A stretch of DNA of 64,000 nt from a bacterium (GTDB taxonomy: Bacteria > Patescibacteriota > Dojkabacteria > GCA-016699595): assembly GCA_016699595.1 (NCBI GenBank), contig CP064982.1, forward strand, positions 139,647 to 203,646, written 5' to 3'. The first letter of the stretch is position 1, and every line of letters begins with the position of its first letter. This document shows, in pieces, positions 10,444 to 19,654 of this stretch. The position numbers and the translations under genes were made by a program. The notes beneath the pieces are model-generated. The model did not search any database and was not told where the DNA came from. It saw only the letters and a list, made by a program, of their open reading frames with translations.

Positions 10444-11913
10444 TTATGAAGACAAACCTCTAGCTACCCTCAAAAGCCTTCTTGTGATAAATATAGCAGT
10501 GAACAAAGATACTATAACTCCGAGTGAAAGGTTGACAGAAAAGCCTTTTGTGATAGTGCTACCAAACAAAAATAATATGAGAGAAGTCATCAGCGTACTA
10601 GTATTGGAATCTCTTATAGATGTCCATGCATGTGCAAAACCAAGTTTTATAGATGTATTCATACTTGCACCACGCTTTCTTTCCTCTTTGATTCTTTCAA
10701 ATATAAGTACATTTGCATCCACTGCCATCCCTATCGAAAGTATGAAACCAGCAATTCCAGCTAATGTTAGGGTAATGCCAAGTAACTTTATAATCGCAAG
10801 ATTGTATATAGTATATAAAATTAAAGCAACCGAGGCGATAATTCCAAGCTTTTTGTAAAGAATAATCATAAATACAATAAGTATGAATATCCCTACTCCA
10901 CCGGCTACAAAAACTTTCTCTAGTGCATCTTTTCCTAGCGTAGGATCCACCAATCTTTCCTCCGCTAATTCTAATGGAACTGGCAAAGCACCAGCTCTAA
11001 GTAGGTTTGAAATCTGGCTTGATTCTTCTTGAGTAAAACTACCTTGTATAACTGGTCTGTTGGAAGACCCACCACTAGAAAAGTAATCCAGGTTAATTTG
11101 TGGAGCTGACAGGATTTGGTTATCAAACATTATAGCAACTACTTTCCCCAAATTATTTCTAGCTACATTTTCAAATTTCTTTGCTCCTTCTTCAGTAAAT
11201 TCCAATTGGATCCAATAATTTTGAGTGCCGTCAGTATTCAAACCTCCTTCTTGAGCAAGAATTGCATTTGCTGTTTTCAAATCTTTTCCAGTAATATCTG
11301 TTTTTTCATAATTTAAGTAAATATCATATTCAAGTGATAGACTTGAAGTATCAACCAAGTCAGAACTTTTCTTCTGCCAAAATTCAAGATTTGCAGCTTG
11401 TTTCAATGTTGCAATCTTTTCTTCAACATTTGCACCACTGCCAGGTATCTCAATGATGACTTTATAATCATCACCATTGATAGATGTAAATATATTTGTT
11501 TCGTTTATGCCAAATTGATTTATCCTATTTTCTACTATTTTTTTGGCACTTTGTAAGCTTTCCAGTTTATTTTCATCAGGAATCTCAGACATATTTGCCT
11601 TGAGCGCTACATAAGTACCTCCTTGTAAATCTAAACCTAAGTTGAAACTTGGATTACCAATAGGAGTTTTTAAGGTTTTGTCTATAGGATATATCTTTTT
11701 CGAGTCATTAGAATTTTGAGTAGTTACTTCATAAATCTTTTGATTGTCAATAAAATTTTTTGAAGCTAAAAATGCAAAGATTCTCGATACTGGAGATAAG
11801 TCATTTAAGACGATGTCTCTTTTAATCCGTGTCTCCGGAAAGATTATCAATAGACTTACAAAGGTAATAATAGTTAGTAAGTACAAAAATATTTTTGATC
11901 TTGACATGTGCAA
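10444..11913 (-). CDS. secD: Protein translocase subunit SecD
   Basis: 489 aa. N-terminal TM helix, a large periplasmic domain, then a C-terminal SecD/F 6-TM bundle (…GLDLQGG…, LGVIVSLF…). Confidence 0.85.
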   Translation of the reverse strand: MHMSRSKIFLYLLTIITFVSLLIIFPETRIKRDIVLNDLSPVSRIFAFLASKNFIDNQKIYEVTTQNSNDSKKIYPIDKTLKTPIGNPSFNLGLDLQGGTYVALKANMSEIPDENKLESLQSAKKIVENRINQFGINETNIFTSINGDDYKVIIEIPGSGANVEEKIATLKQAANLEFWQKKSSDLVDTSSLSLEYDIYLNYEKTDITGKDLKTANAILAQEGGLNTDGTQNYWIQLEFTEEGAKKFENVARNNLGKVVAIMFDNQILSAPQINLDYFSSGGSSNRPVIQGSFTQEESSQISNLLRAGALPVPLELAEERLVDPTLGKDALEKVFVAGGVGIFILIVFMIILYKKLGIIASVALILYTIYNLAIIKLLGITLTLAGIAGFILSIGMAVDANVLIFERIKEERKRGASMNTSIKLGFAHAWTSIRDSNTSTLMTSLILFLFGSTITKGFSVNLSLGVIVSLFTAIFITRRLLRVARGLSS

Positions 11914-11981
11914 ATTCTATCATATAAATTATCATTATCAACTCAGAATAGAGTTTTCTATGCTCTATTTTGAAAATAATA

Positions 11982-14759
11982 CTAATATCCTTCTAGTAGT
12001 TTAAACCAATTGATACTCCGCCCCGTATCAGCTAATCCCTTTACTTCAGAGAAGTTTACCTCTACATCATAAAGTTCGTAATTAATACTAACTTTGTTGG
12101 TAGGATTGATATCACCGTTGTAGTATCCTTTTGGTTGAGTTTGAACAACTAAATAGTTACCTGCAGGCATTTCATCAAATTCATAATAACCAGATTCATT
12201 CGTAGTCGTGATTCCAAGCACTTCACCCGATTCTGTTCGTAGTTCTAATAAAACATCTCTGATAGGTTCATTCGTGTTTTGATTATAAACAATTCCGGAT
12301 ATTTTGTTGTTGATTTCTCCAAAAAGGTAATTCTCTCCATTGTATGCAGTAACTTGTATATCATAATGCTGGTCATTGACTGTAATACCTCCCAAACTTC
12401 CTATTGTATCTTTGCCGTCAATGTATCCTGGTTGTATTTCTCGCAAACTATACTGACCTTTTCTTACATTATAGAAAATGTAAAATCCATTTTTGTCTGT
12501 ATAGGCTTTTTCTGTGTAGTATATAGTCGGACCGCTGATACCCACTCTATAAGTGCCTTCCAAAACAATTTCAACTTTAGGTATTCCAACTTCATTGTTG
12601 TCCTTCTGCCCATTATTATTTTTGTCTATATATACATAGCCAGATAAAGATGGAAGGACATTACTTTCTCCAAATGGGATATATTGATCACTATCTGTGT
12701 ATAATTCTACCTCAATGCCATTTCCATTTTGTGTAGATATGAAGCCAGTTGGTTGTATTTCTTCTAGTAAATATGTACTTGGTGATAATTCACTAAATTC
12801 AAAAGATCCATTTTCATCAGTTAAATATTCTTGAATTAAATCTTTTTGATTATAAAGATTTAGATTAACATTGGCAATGCCAGATTCATTTAAGTCAAGT
12901 TGATTGTTTTTATTTAAGTCAAGATATACTCTCCCATATATAGATCCTTTGCGTTCGCTGAAATTTTGATTTGCTGTATCCGTGCTTTGATGATCGACTG
13001 TGATTGAATTTGTAGAATTGATACTACCATCAAAATATGTACTAGGTTGTCTTTCTAATATCGTATACTGATCGGGTACTATTGAATCAAAGTTATAGTA
13101 TCCATTTTTGTCTGTACTAGAAGTAGCGAGTTGATTTTCACCATCCATCAAAAGTACTTCGACATCTGATATTCCTTCAAGTGGATTTCTGTCCTCTCTG
13201 TAAACTCTTCCACTTATATTCGCTGGTATAGACTCTCCGAAGTTAACATTAGGAATGGATGTATTGTATGCATTGATACTGAAATCAAATCTGTTTGTAG
13301 GTATCTGTATAGAAACCAATCCATCAGGTTGTACTTGTTCTACATAGTAATTATTAAGATCGTTAGTTACAGGCATATATACAAATTCATAGTACCCATT
13401 GATATCAGTCTGTGTAGTCTCTAGAAGCTCTCCTGATAATGATTTCAAATTCATAGCTACATTCTCTAGTTTTGTTTCTCCACTATCATACTGACCATCC
13501 TTGTCTTGGTCAAGGTAACTGATTCCAGAGATCTTTGTTAGATATGGATCTGTACCTATTACTGGCAAACTTTGTATCTCATTCAAGTTCAGTAACCATA
13601 CATTTGCATCAGTACCTATACTAGATACTGCAAGCACATTTGTATTGTCATTGTATGTAAGAGCAGCAAGAGATCCTGTTGCAGGAATATTGGCTACAAG
13701 TTCCCATGTGTATAGATTCTTTGTTCGAATTACTTCTTTATTTGTAGTAATTATATATACATAACCATCGTTATCTACAGCTATAGGATTGTATTGTTGC
13801 ACTGGTAGTCTTCCTCCAGGAAGTGTATGGAGGGTTGCATTTGCACTAGAGTTCTTTATCGAGAATATGCCGTTTGAACTTGTAATTCCTATTATCTTAT
13901 CTTCCAATCTTGTCAGGCGGGCAAATGGATGAGGTCGTGAATATGGGATGAATTGGCCAAAGTTTATTGATTGCCAATCATTTGGAGTATTTGCTACATT
14001 GCGCATCAATTTATAATCAGTATAAGAATTTGCAAGATTCCTAACTAAAGCATATTTAGTACCATCTAAGTCAGCAATATCATATGTCCTATAGTCGCTA
14101 GGTTGGCCAAATGATGTCCATGAATTACCACCATCAGAACTAACTAGTATGTTACTAAATACATTGACTTGTGCATCATCGATATTCCCGTTTGCTATAT
14201 ACCAATCATTTCCCACGTGGGTTTGACCTAATGAATGAACTACATTTGGCAAAGTTCTAAATTTGATTATTCCTTCTTTAGGAGTGAATGTATACACATT
14301 GCCTAGCTCCCAACCATCACCGTTACCTGGGTCAGTACCAACTATGTACATCTTGTCATTGTATACATCTATATCATGAATCCCATCATCATCATACACA
14401 TTATGTGTGACGCCACTATTATCTTCAACTATGGGCACTAATGTTGTGCTACCATCGTACTGAGCAAGTAAGCCAGCTGAGCATTCACTCGGTGCACAGC
14501 CACTTATCCCTATGTACAATTCATCTCTATAATACTTCATTGCATAGATCCCAAAATTTTGATTTGTGCCAGCTCCACGAGCATTATAAGCTTGAAATGT
14601 ATACAATGCATTCACATTTAGTCCTTGAGGTAATATTGTTTCTGTAGCTTGAACTACTTCTATCAACTTGTTTGGCTTAATGTTTAATAAAATAGATCCT
14701 GTCAATATCAAAAAAGTAAGTAGATAAGTGAATTTAGTTTTGTAATTATAGCCACTCAT
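11982..14759 (-). CDS. Large secreted surface protein: N-terminal beta-propeller-like region with a BNR/Asp-box, then ~5 tandem SdrD-B/Cna-B-like repeats
   Basis: 925 aa with an N-terminal signal peptide. SSDGGNSWTSFG is an Asp-box. The C-terminal half holds five ~100-aa repeats, each starting SG(R/Y/I)VY.D.N.NG..D..E.GI..V.V.L and containing TD.NG.Y.F…Y…E..P.GY. These repeats span roughly 12030-13530. Confidence 0.6.
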   Translation of the reverse strand: MSGYNYKTKFTYLLTFLILTGSILLNIKPNKLIEVVQATETILPQGLNVNALYTFQAYNARGAGTNQNFGIYAMKYYRDELYIGISGCAPSECSAGLLAQYDGSTTLVPIVEDNSGVTHNVYDDDGIHDIDVYNDKMYIVGTDPGNGDGWELGNVYTFTPKEGIIKFRTLPNVVHSLGQTHVGNDWYIANGNIDDAQVNVFSNILVSSDGGNSWTSFGQPSDYRTYDIADLDGTKYALVRNLANSYTDYKLMRNVANTPNDWQSINFGQFIPYSRPHPFARLTRLEDKIIGITSSNGIFSIKNSSANATLHTLPGGRLPVQQYNPIAVDNDGYVYIITTNKEVIRTKNLYTWELVANIPATGSLAALTYNDNTNVLAVSSIGTDANVWLLNLNEIQSLPVIGTDPYLTKISGISYLDQDKDGQYDSGETKLENVAMNLKSLSGELLETTQTDINGYYEFVYMPVTNDLNNYYVEQVQPDGLVSIQIPTNRFDFSINAYNTSIPNVNFGESIPANISGRVYREDRNPLEGISDVEVLLMDGENQLATSSTDKNGYYNFDSIVPDQYTILERQPSTYFDGSINSTNSITVDHQSTDTANQNFSERKGSIYGRVYLDLNKNNQLDLNESGIANVNLNLYNQKDLIQEYLTDENGSFEFSELSPSTYLLEEIQPTGFISTQNGNGIEVELYTDSDQYIPFGESNVLPSLSGYVYIDKNNNGQKDNNEVGIPKVEIVLEGTYRVGISGPTIYYTEKAYTDKNGFYIFYNVRKGQYSLREIQPGYIDGKDTIGSLGGITVNDQHYDIQVTAYNGENYLFGEINNKISGIVYNQNTNEPIRDVLLELRTESGEVLGITTTNESGYYEFDEMPAGNYLVVQTQPKGYYNGDINPTNKVSINYELYDVEVNFSEVKGLADTGRSINWFKLLEGY

Positions 14760-14785
14760 GGTGTTTTTGTTTTTATAGTAATAAA

Positions 14786-15142
14786 TTATTTGTTATTATT
14801 TTCCCAAATTAATATAGATTCTTCAAGTGCATCTTCAAGAAATCCCTCACCGTTTGCAAGTAAATCCAAAAATTCTTCTTCAGTGTATATCAATGGATTT
14901 AATGGTGGATATGATTTATCATAATCCCGAACCAATTTAATTCTATCTCTAAACTTCAAATCAGTAGTAGCTATAACTATAATGTCGATCTCTGATGGCC
15001 CATTTTGCGGAAACCTCTTCAGTCTGGCATATTTTCCAAATAAATATATTTTTTTTGTATCGAAACAAGAGGTGATAAGTTGAATTATTTTTTCAACGAT
15101 CAGGTTTAGATCTGTGTTGTTTATATGATTGTCAGTTATCAT
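14786..15142 (-). CDS. Minimal nucleotidyltransferase (MNT, Pol-beta superfamily); antitoxin-like partner of the adjacent HEPN gene
   Basis: 118 aa. LFGKYARLKRFPQNGPSEIDIIVI matches the GS..R…D.D signature of MNT proteins. Its start overlaps the upstream HEPN gene by 4 bp. Confidence 0.65.
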   Translation of the reverse strand: MITDNHINNTDLNLIVEKIIQLITSCFDTKKIYLFGKYARLKRFPQNGPSEIDIIVIATTDLKFRDRIKLVRDYDKSYPPLNPLIYTEEEFLDLLANGEGFLEDALEESILIWENNNK

Positions 15143-15603
15143 TTCACATATAATAATGTTCGAATCTTGTCCAAAATATCTATCGCTTCTTCAAGTGATT
15201 CTGCAGCATCTCTCTCAGAGATATATTCATGTGGGGTTCCTTGTTCTCCTGGAACTAGAAAAGGATACCTGGATATAAAAGTCAAACTTTCAATTGTCTT
15301 AAATCTAAATTGAATGTGTTTGAAGTTGCTGTTTGCTGAATTGCACATAGCTACAAGTAATGCAATTTTATGAACCTTTGGTGGTCTATAACCTGAAAAA
15401 ACCAAAACTGATTTCAATGCCTTTTCTACTGCTTGTTCTGATTGGTAACATGACCATTCAAAAAAATGATTGTTGAAACTAATTCTAGATGCAGCGATAT
15501 CAAATTCTGCCTGTCTTAGCCAGACATTCCATCTTTTTGAAGTTTTGTTTAGAGGTGTAAGGTAAGCTATGACTTTGTCAATCTTAATACATGACGATGT
15601 CAA
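15139..15603 (-). CDS. HEPN-domain protein (toxin-like)
   Basis: 154 aa. All-alpha profile with an Rx4HK motif (YRPPKVHKI). The stop overlaps the MNT gene start (ATGA). Confidence 0.65.
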   Translation of the reverse strand: MTSSCIKIDKVIAYLTPLNKTSKRWNVWLRQAEFDIAASRISFNNHFFEWSCYQSEQAVEKALKSVLVFSGYRPPKVHKIALLVAMCNSANSNFKHIQFRFKTIESLTFISRYPFLVPGEQGTPHEYISERDAAESLEEAIDILDKIRTLLYVK

Positions 15604-15616
15604 TACTAAGCACTTT

Positions 15617-16231
15617 TTAATTTATATCCAATTCGATGTGATCATTCAAAAGCCAACCCATGAGTTGCAATTCTCTTCGCATCAGCTTCATATTCCATTC
15701 TTCCATACTCATGACTGTATAATTTAGTATTCTTTCATACTTTCTTTCCATTTTTTGCATAAACTCTTCGAGTATATTTATTTCTATCTCTCCAACGAAT
15801 GCTATGTCAATTTCATTTTCTGAATTTTTATTTAGTTGTTTTGCATTATATAAGTAATTTTTCGTTATAATCAACTTTTGAAGATTTTTGAGTGCATTTT
15901 CTGAAATAACATCACCACATATCATGTAATCAATCCAAAAAAGGTTTCTCAAAGACTTACATTGTGGGAAATTACCTAAAGAAAATAAATTTCTTTGAAG
16001 ATCTTTTTTAGACTTTAGTACTCCGACAGATTGCAAGTTTTCGAGTTCTCTTTTGACAGCATTTGGTTCAGCTTCAATTCTTCTAGCTATTTCTCGTAAG
16101 TGAAGTTCGACATCGTTATCTAGTAAAAATAATTTCAGTATTTCAATCCTAGTTTTTGAAGTAAGTAAATTATCTAACATACAAAGTATTCTAGGTAAAA
16201 AGTCTAAACTAATTATAATAAAGCTTAACAA
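15617..16231 (-). CDS. Putative winged-helix (ArsR-like) transcriptional regulator with an uncharacterised C-terminal domain
   Basis: 204 aa. TRIEILKLF…LHLREIARRIEAEPNAVKRELENLQSVGVL resembles an HTH_20/ArsR wHTH. It lies directly upstream of, and co-oriented with, the HEPN/MNT pair. The true start is probably the internal Met (MLDNLL…). Confidence 0.4.
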   Translation of the reverse strand: MLSFIIISLDFLPRILCMLDNLLTSKTRIEILKLFLLDNDVELHLREIARRIEAEPNAVKRELENLQSVGVLKSKKDLQRNLFSLGNFPQCKSLRNLFWIDYMICGDVISENALKNLQKLIITKNYLYNAKQLNKNSENEIDIAFVGEIEINILEEFMQKMERKYERILNYTVMSMEEWNMKLMRRELQLMGWLLNDHIELDIN

Positions 16232-16375
16232 AAATAAAGATATTTAATAATCTGTAATTATCTATATTATATACAACATTAAAAGACAAGCCAACAAGTT
16301 TATATAGTTTAGTAAATATTTCAGAATTATGGCACAATCAAATTTGATTCTCAAGTATCAAGGTGATAAAAGTGC

Positions 16376-16404
16376 TTGCAATTAAAAGTCAGAATACTTA
16401 AAAT
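16376..16404 (+). promoter_or_regulatory. Candidate sigma70-type promoter for the pilin-like/pilMNO operon
   Basis: TTGCAA, a 17-nt spacer, then TAAAAT, about 30-80 bp upstream of the candidate starts. This is motif-spotting only. Confidence 0.3.
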
Positions 16405-16433
16405 TACTTTTAAGATTATCGATCACTGCCTAA

Positions 16434-17162
16434 ATGTTCAAACACACTAAACTTCATAAAGATAAATATCTACTTGCTTCTAAGATGAGGAATCGTCAGG
16501 CGTTCACTTTGGTCGAAATAATTGTAGTAATGACTATGATTTCTGTAATTATTCTTGTGTCATTGTATGCACTTGGTAAATTTTACAAAAATACTATATT
16601 GGAAAGTGCGACAAATGATTTAATTAATAATCTCCAATCATTACAGAGTTATGCAAATTCAAATTATATTCCAGACTCTACTAATCTCGATAACATTTGG
16701 AAGCCTCCGTTTGTTTATACTTTCGGATTTATTGGAGACATTAACGAACAGGACTATGAAACAAAAGTTCTTCCTTATGCATCTTTGGATTCAAATTCAA
16801 TACCAATTTTCGATATAAATGGAAGGCAGTTCAATTTGATAAATGAATTTGCAAAATTAGATTTGAAATCAGTTAAAATTGAAGTTTTCTCCGATAATTT
16901 CACGGGCAGTTATGAATGTCAAAATTGCATTACATTTATCGGTTATCAATCTAGGTTTATTGTACAAAATAATCTTGTATATAAGATGTGTCTTAGGTTG
17001 TCAAGCAGGGATGAAGATTTATCAACTAATGCATTGGCAAAATCAAGAACAATATATATAAACAGCAAGGAGCAATTAATTAAAGAAATTACAGGCCAAG
17101 AATCAATGTACTCATGCTTTGATTCACACATTCCAGAGGATGTGCCTGGTTGGAATACATAA
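16434..17162 (+). CDS. Pilin-like protein (minor pilin or pseudopilin); the true start may be the ATG at 16485
   Basis: …MRNRQA|FTLVEIIVVMTMISVIILVSLY… is a class III signal followed by a hydrophobic helix. Total 242 aa from 16434, or 225 aa from 16485. The gene directly precedes pilM. Confidence 0.7.
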   Translation: MFKHTKLHKDKYLLASKMRNRQAFTLVEIIVVMTMISVIILVSLYALGKFYKNTILESATNDLINNLQSLQSYANSNYIPDSTNLDNIWKPPFVYTFGFIGDINEQDYETKVLPYASLDSNSIPIFDINGRQFNLINEFAKLDLKSVKIEVFSDNFTGSYECQNCITFIGYQSRFIVQNNLVYKMCLRLSSRDEDLSTNALAKSRTIYINSKEQLIKEITGQESMYSCFDSHIPEDVPGWNT

Positions 17163-18199
17163 TGACAAATTTCGTAGGTCTAGATATAGGCAATTACAAA
17201 ATCAAAATATCGCAAATAGAATGGAGAAAGGGAAAGCCAGTTCTTATAGCTCTTGGCGAAACTGATACTCCGAATGGCACTATGGGATCTGATGATGAGA
17301 ATCAACAGAAACTGCTTGCGAGTAAAATCGAGGAATTATTTCATGAAAGCAAAGTCAACACAAGAAAAGTTGTTGCAGCTTTGCCTGAGATATCAGTAAC
17401 TTCCAGATTGGAAATAGGATTCCCAAAGCTAGAGGAAGATGCTTTGAATGAAGCGATTATCTACGAAGCAAAGAAATATATATCTTATCCATTGGAAGAA
17501 ATGCAGATAGATAAGATGATTATTGGAGAAAGGGATGTAAATAACGAAAAGAAACTTGATATTTTTTGGGTTGCAACTTCAAAATCAAATGTAAATAGAT
17601 TTATAAAGATTTGTAAGTATGCAGATTTAGAAATCTTGGCACTTGAGACTGAATCTATCGCCACTGCACGTACCATAAAGAATTTTTCTCAACAAGGTGA
17701 AGTTGTTGTTATAGTAGATGTTGGGTCCAATGGCACGGAAATTTCTGTTGCCCGTGATGGTATTTTGCTTTCATCGCAAACTGTAGGGATAGGATCTGAT
17801 GCAATAACTAGAACTATAGAAAATTCCTTTGGTATTGATTATATTAAAGCAGAAGAGATAAAGAGGACTTATGGCATGAATAAAGAAGTTGTGAATGGGA
17901 AAATTGCAGACGTGATAGAACCTGCCGTAAATCTTATGTTTGTTGAAATAAATAAAACAATAAATTTTTTCAAAGCTCGCCTGCCAGAGGCTGTGCCTAC
18001 TAGGATTTTTTATGTTGGAGATGGAAGTAGAATGCCTGGTCTTATTGATGCTTCAAATACTTCACTAAATATCCCATCATTTTTACTCAACTCTTTCAAA
18101 GGTCTGTCTTTAAGTTCTAACCTAAAAGATAGAATAAAGAGCTATTCTGGTATTGGTTTTAATGTTTCGGTAGGACTGGGTTTGAAAGTTGATAATTAA
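17150..18199 (+). CDS. pilM: Type IV pilus assembly protein PilM (actin-like ATPase fold)
   Basis: 349 aa. N-terminal …VGLDIGNYKIKISQIE… and paired actin-like subdomains. It is followed by small bitopic proteins, as in pilMNO operons. Confidence 0.8.
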   Translation: MEYIMTNFVGLDIGNYKIKISQIEWRKGKPVLIALGETDTPNGTMGSDDENQQKLLASKIEELFHESKVNTRKVVAALPEISVTSRLEIGFPKLEEDALNEAIIYEAKKYISYPLEEMQIDKMIIGERDVNNEKKLDIFWVATSKSNVNRFIKICKYADLEILALETESIATARTIKNFSQQGEVVVIVDVGSNGTEISVARDGILLSSQTVGIGSDAITRTIENSFGIDYIKAEEIKRTYGMNKEVVNGKIADVIEPAVNLMFVEINKTINFFKARLPEAVPTRIFYVGDGSRMPGLIDASNTSLNIPSFLLNSFKGLSLSSNLKDRIKSYSGIGFNVSVGLGLKVDN

Positions 18200-18797
18200 T
18201 GTACGAATGGGAATAAATTTGATAAAAAAAAGAAATATCAACCTTGGCGATATCAAAAGTTCTTCTCAATTGAAAAAAGGTCGAAGACGAATTTTGAATA
18301 AGGATACTTTGGTGGTCGTAAATATATTTTTATTTATGTTGACTTGTCTCATTGCTGTAGGATTTATATTATTTTATTGGAAAGTTTTGAATGAATCCAA
18401 AAAGGCACAAGACGAAGCTAGATATTTTAAAAACGAACTTAATCTTTTAACTCTAGAACAAGAGGGCTATGTCGAGTTGGCTGGGAAGACGAATCTGCTT
18501 AAGAAAAATATATTGACAGACAATTTGCAAGCGGATGTCTATGACAAAATGAAAGCGGTATTTGATAGCTTGAGAGATAACTATGAATTTCAAAGTATCT
18601 TTTATGATGGAAATAATTTTACATATTCTTTCATTACTGACGATTACGACTCAGCTGCAATGTTTATAAATAGTATCAAAGTTTCTGAAGAGTTGAAAAA
18701 ATTATTTGGTTCTTTTGAATATCAAAGATCAAATTATAATTCAGAGAGTGGAAGAGTTGTAACTTCAATCAAATTTAGTGTTAAATCGAAAATCTAG
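18189..18797 (+). CDS. pilN: PilN-like bitopic inner-membrane pilus alignment protein
   Basis: 202 aa. A short cytoplasmic N-terminus, a single TM helix (VVVNIFLFMLTCLIAVGFILFYW), a coiled-coil and then a periplasmic domain. The call rests on its position after pilM. Confidence 0.5.
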   Translation: MIINVRMGINLIKKRNINLGDIKSSSQLKKGRRRILNKDTLVVVNIFLFMLTCLIAVGFILFYWKVLNESKKAQDEARYFKNELNLLTLEQEGYVELAGKTNLLKKNILTDNLQADVYDKMKAVFDSLRDNYEFQSIFYDGNNFTYSFITDDYDSAAMFINSIKVSEELKKLFGSFEYQRSNYNSESGRVVTSIKFSVKSKI

Positions 18798-19500
18798 CAA
18801 AATAACAAATATTGAGGAATTTCAGAACAAAAAAATTGTTCAAAAATCTTATTTTAGCAGGACTTTATTCTACAGTCTACCATTGCTTTTTCTAATGTTA
18901 TGGCCAAGTATGTTAGTTTTTCAAGTTATCCCTACCTATAACGCAATCAGAACTGAGCAATCCTCAAAAAAACTATATGAAAATCAAGTAGTTGAGTATA
19001 GGAAAGACATAAGGAGTATTCAAAGTAACCAAGTTGGAGATATAACATATGCACTAAATCTTTTGAATCGATGGATACCTACTAATTCTGGAACAGTTTC
19101 GGTCGTCAAAGAAGAATTTGACTCACTGGTATCATCTTATCACCTACAGTTGGAAGATTTTCGAGCTGGAGAATCTATTACAAAGGCTTCCAAAGATTTT
19201 CTTGAAGATCTGAATGTTGAATTTAACAACGATTTAATGAGAAATGTACCTATAGAATTAAAAGTAAAGGGTAATGTTGAAGATGTATTTGTTCTATTAG
19301 ATAAAATTCAACATTATACGACATTCAATATGGTGAAGTTGGTGAGGCTATCAAAAGAAGCGGATGTTTGGACGGGAAGTATATTGATTCTACGGGTAAA
19401 TTTTTCTGAAAGTTTTGAACTAAATAAAGAAAATTTTATTGGGAATATTATTGATGAAGATGTAGTAAAGGGAATAAGAGAGCGAGCAATTGTAAACTAA
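18778..19500 (+). CDS. pilO: PilO-like bitopic membrane protein
   Basis: 240 aa with a single TM helix. It overlaps pilN. The call is based on position and topology, not on strong sequence motifs. Confidence 0.45.
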   Translation: MLNRKSSKITNIEEFQNKKIVQKSYFSRTLFYSLPLLFLMLWPSMLVFQVIPTYNAIRTEQSSKKLYENQVVEYRKDIRSIQSNQVGDITYALNLLNRWIPTNSGTVSVVKEEFDSLVSSYHLQLEDFRAGESITKASKDFLEDLNVEFNNDLMRNVPIELKVKGNVEDVFVLLDKIQHYTTFNMVKLVRLSKEADVWTGSILILRVNFSESFELNKENFIGNIIDEDVVKGIRERAIVN

Positions 19501-19654
19501 TTAAAGATAATTGAAAAATTCATATTGATTATCTTAAGATCTATGTTACAATTGTCACAGATAATTATTTTGATTTTGCGAGGTAGAGATATCTCGCTTT
19601 TTTTATATATATTATTTTATAAATTAACAAACTTAAAATTTAACTATATAAACT

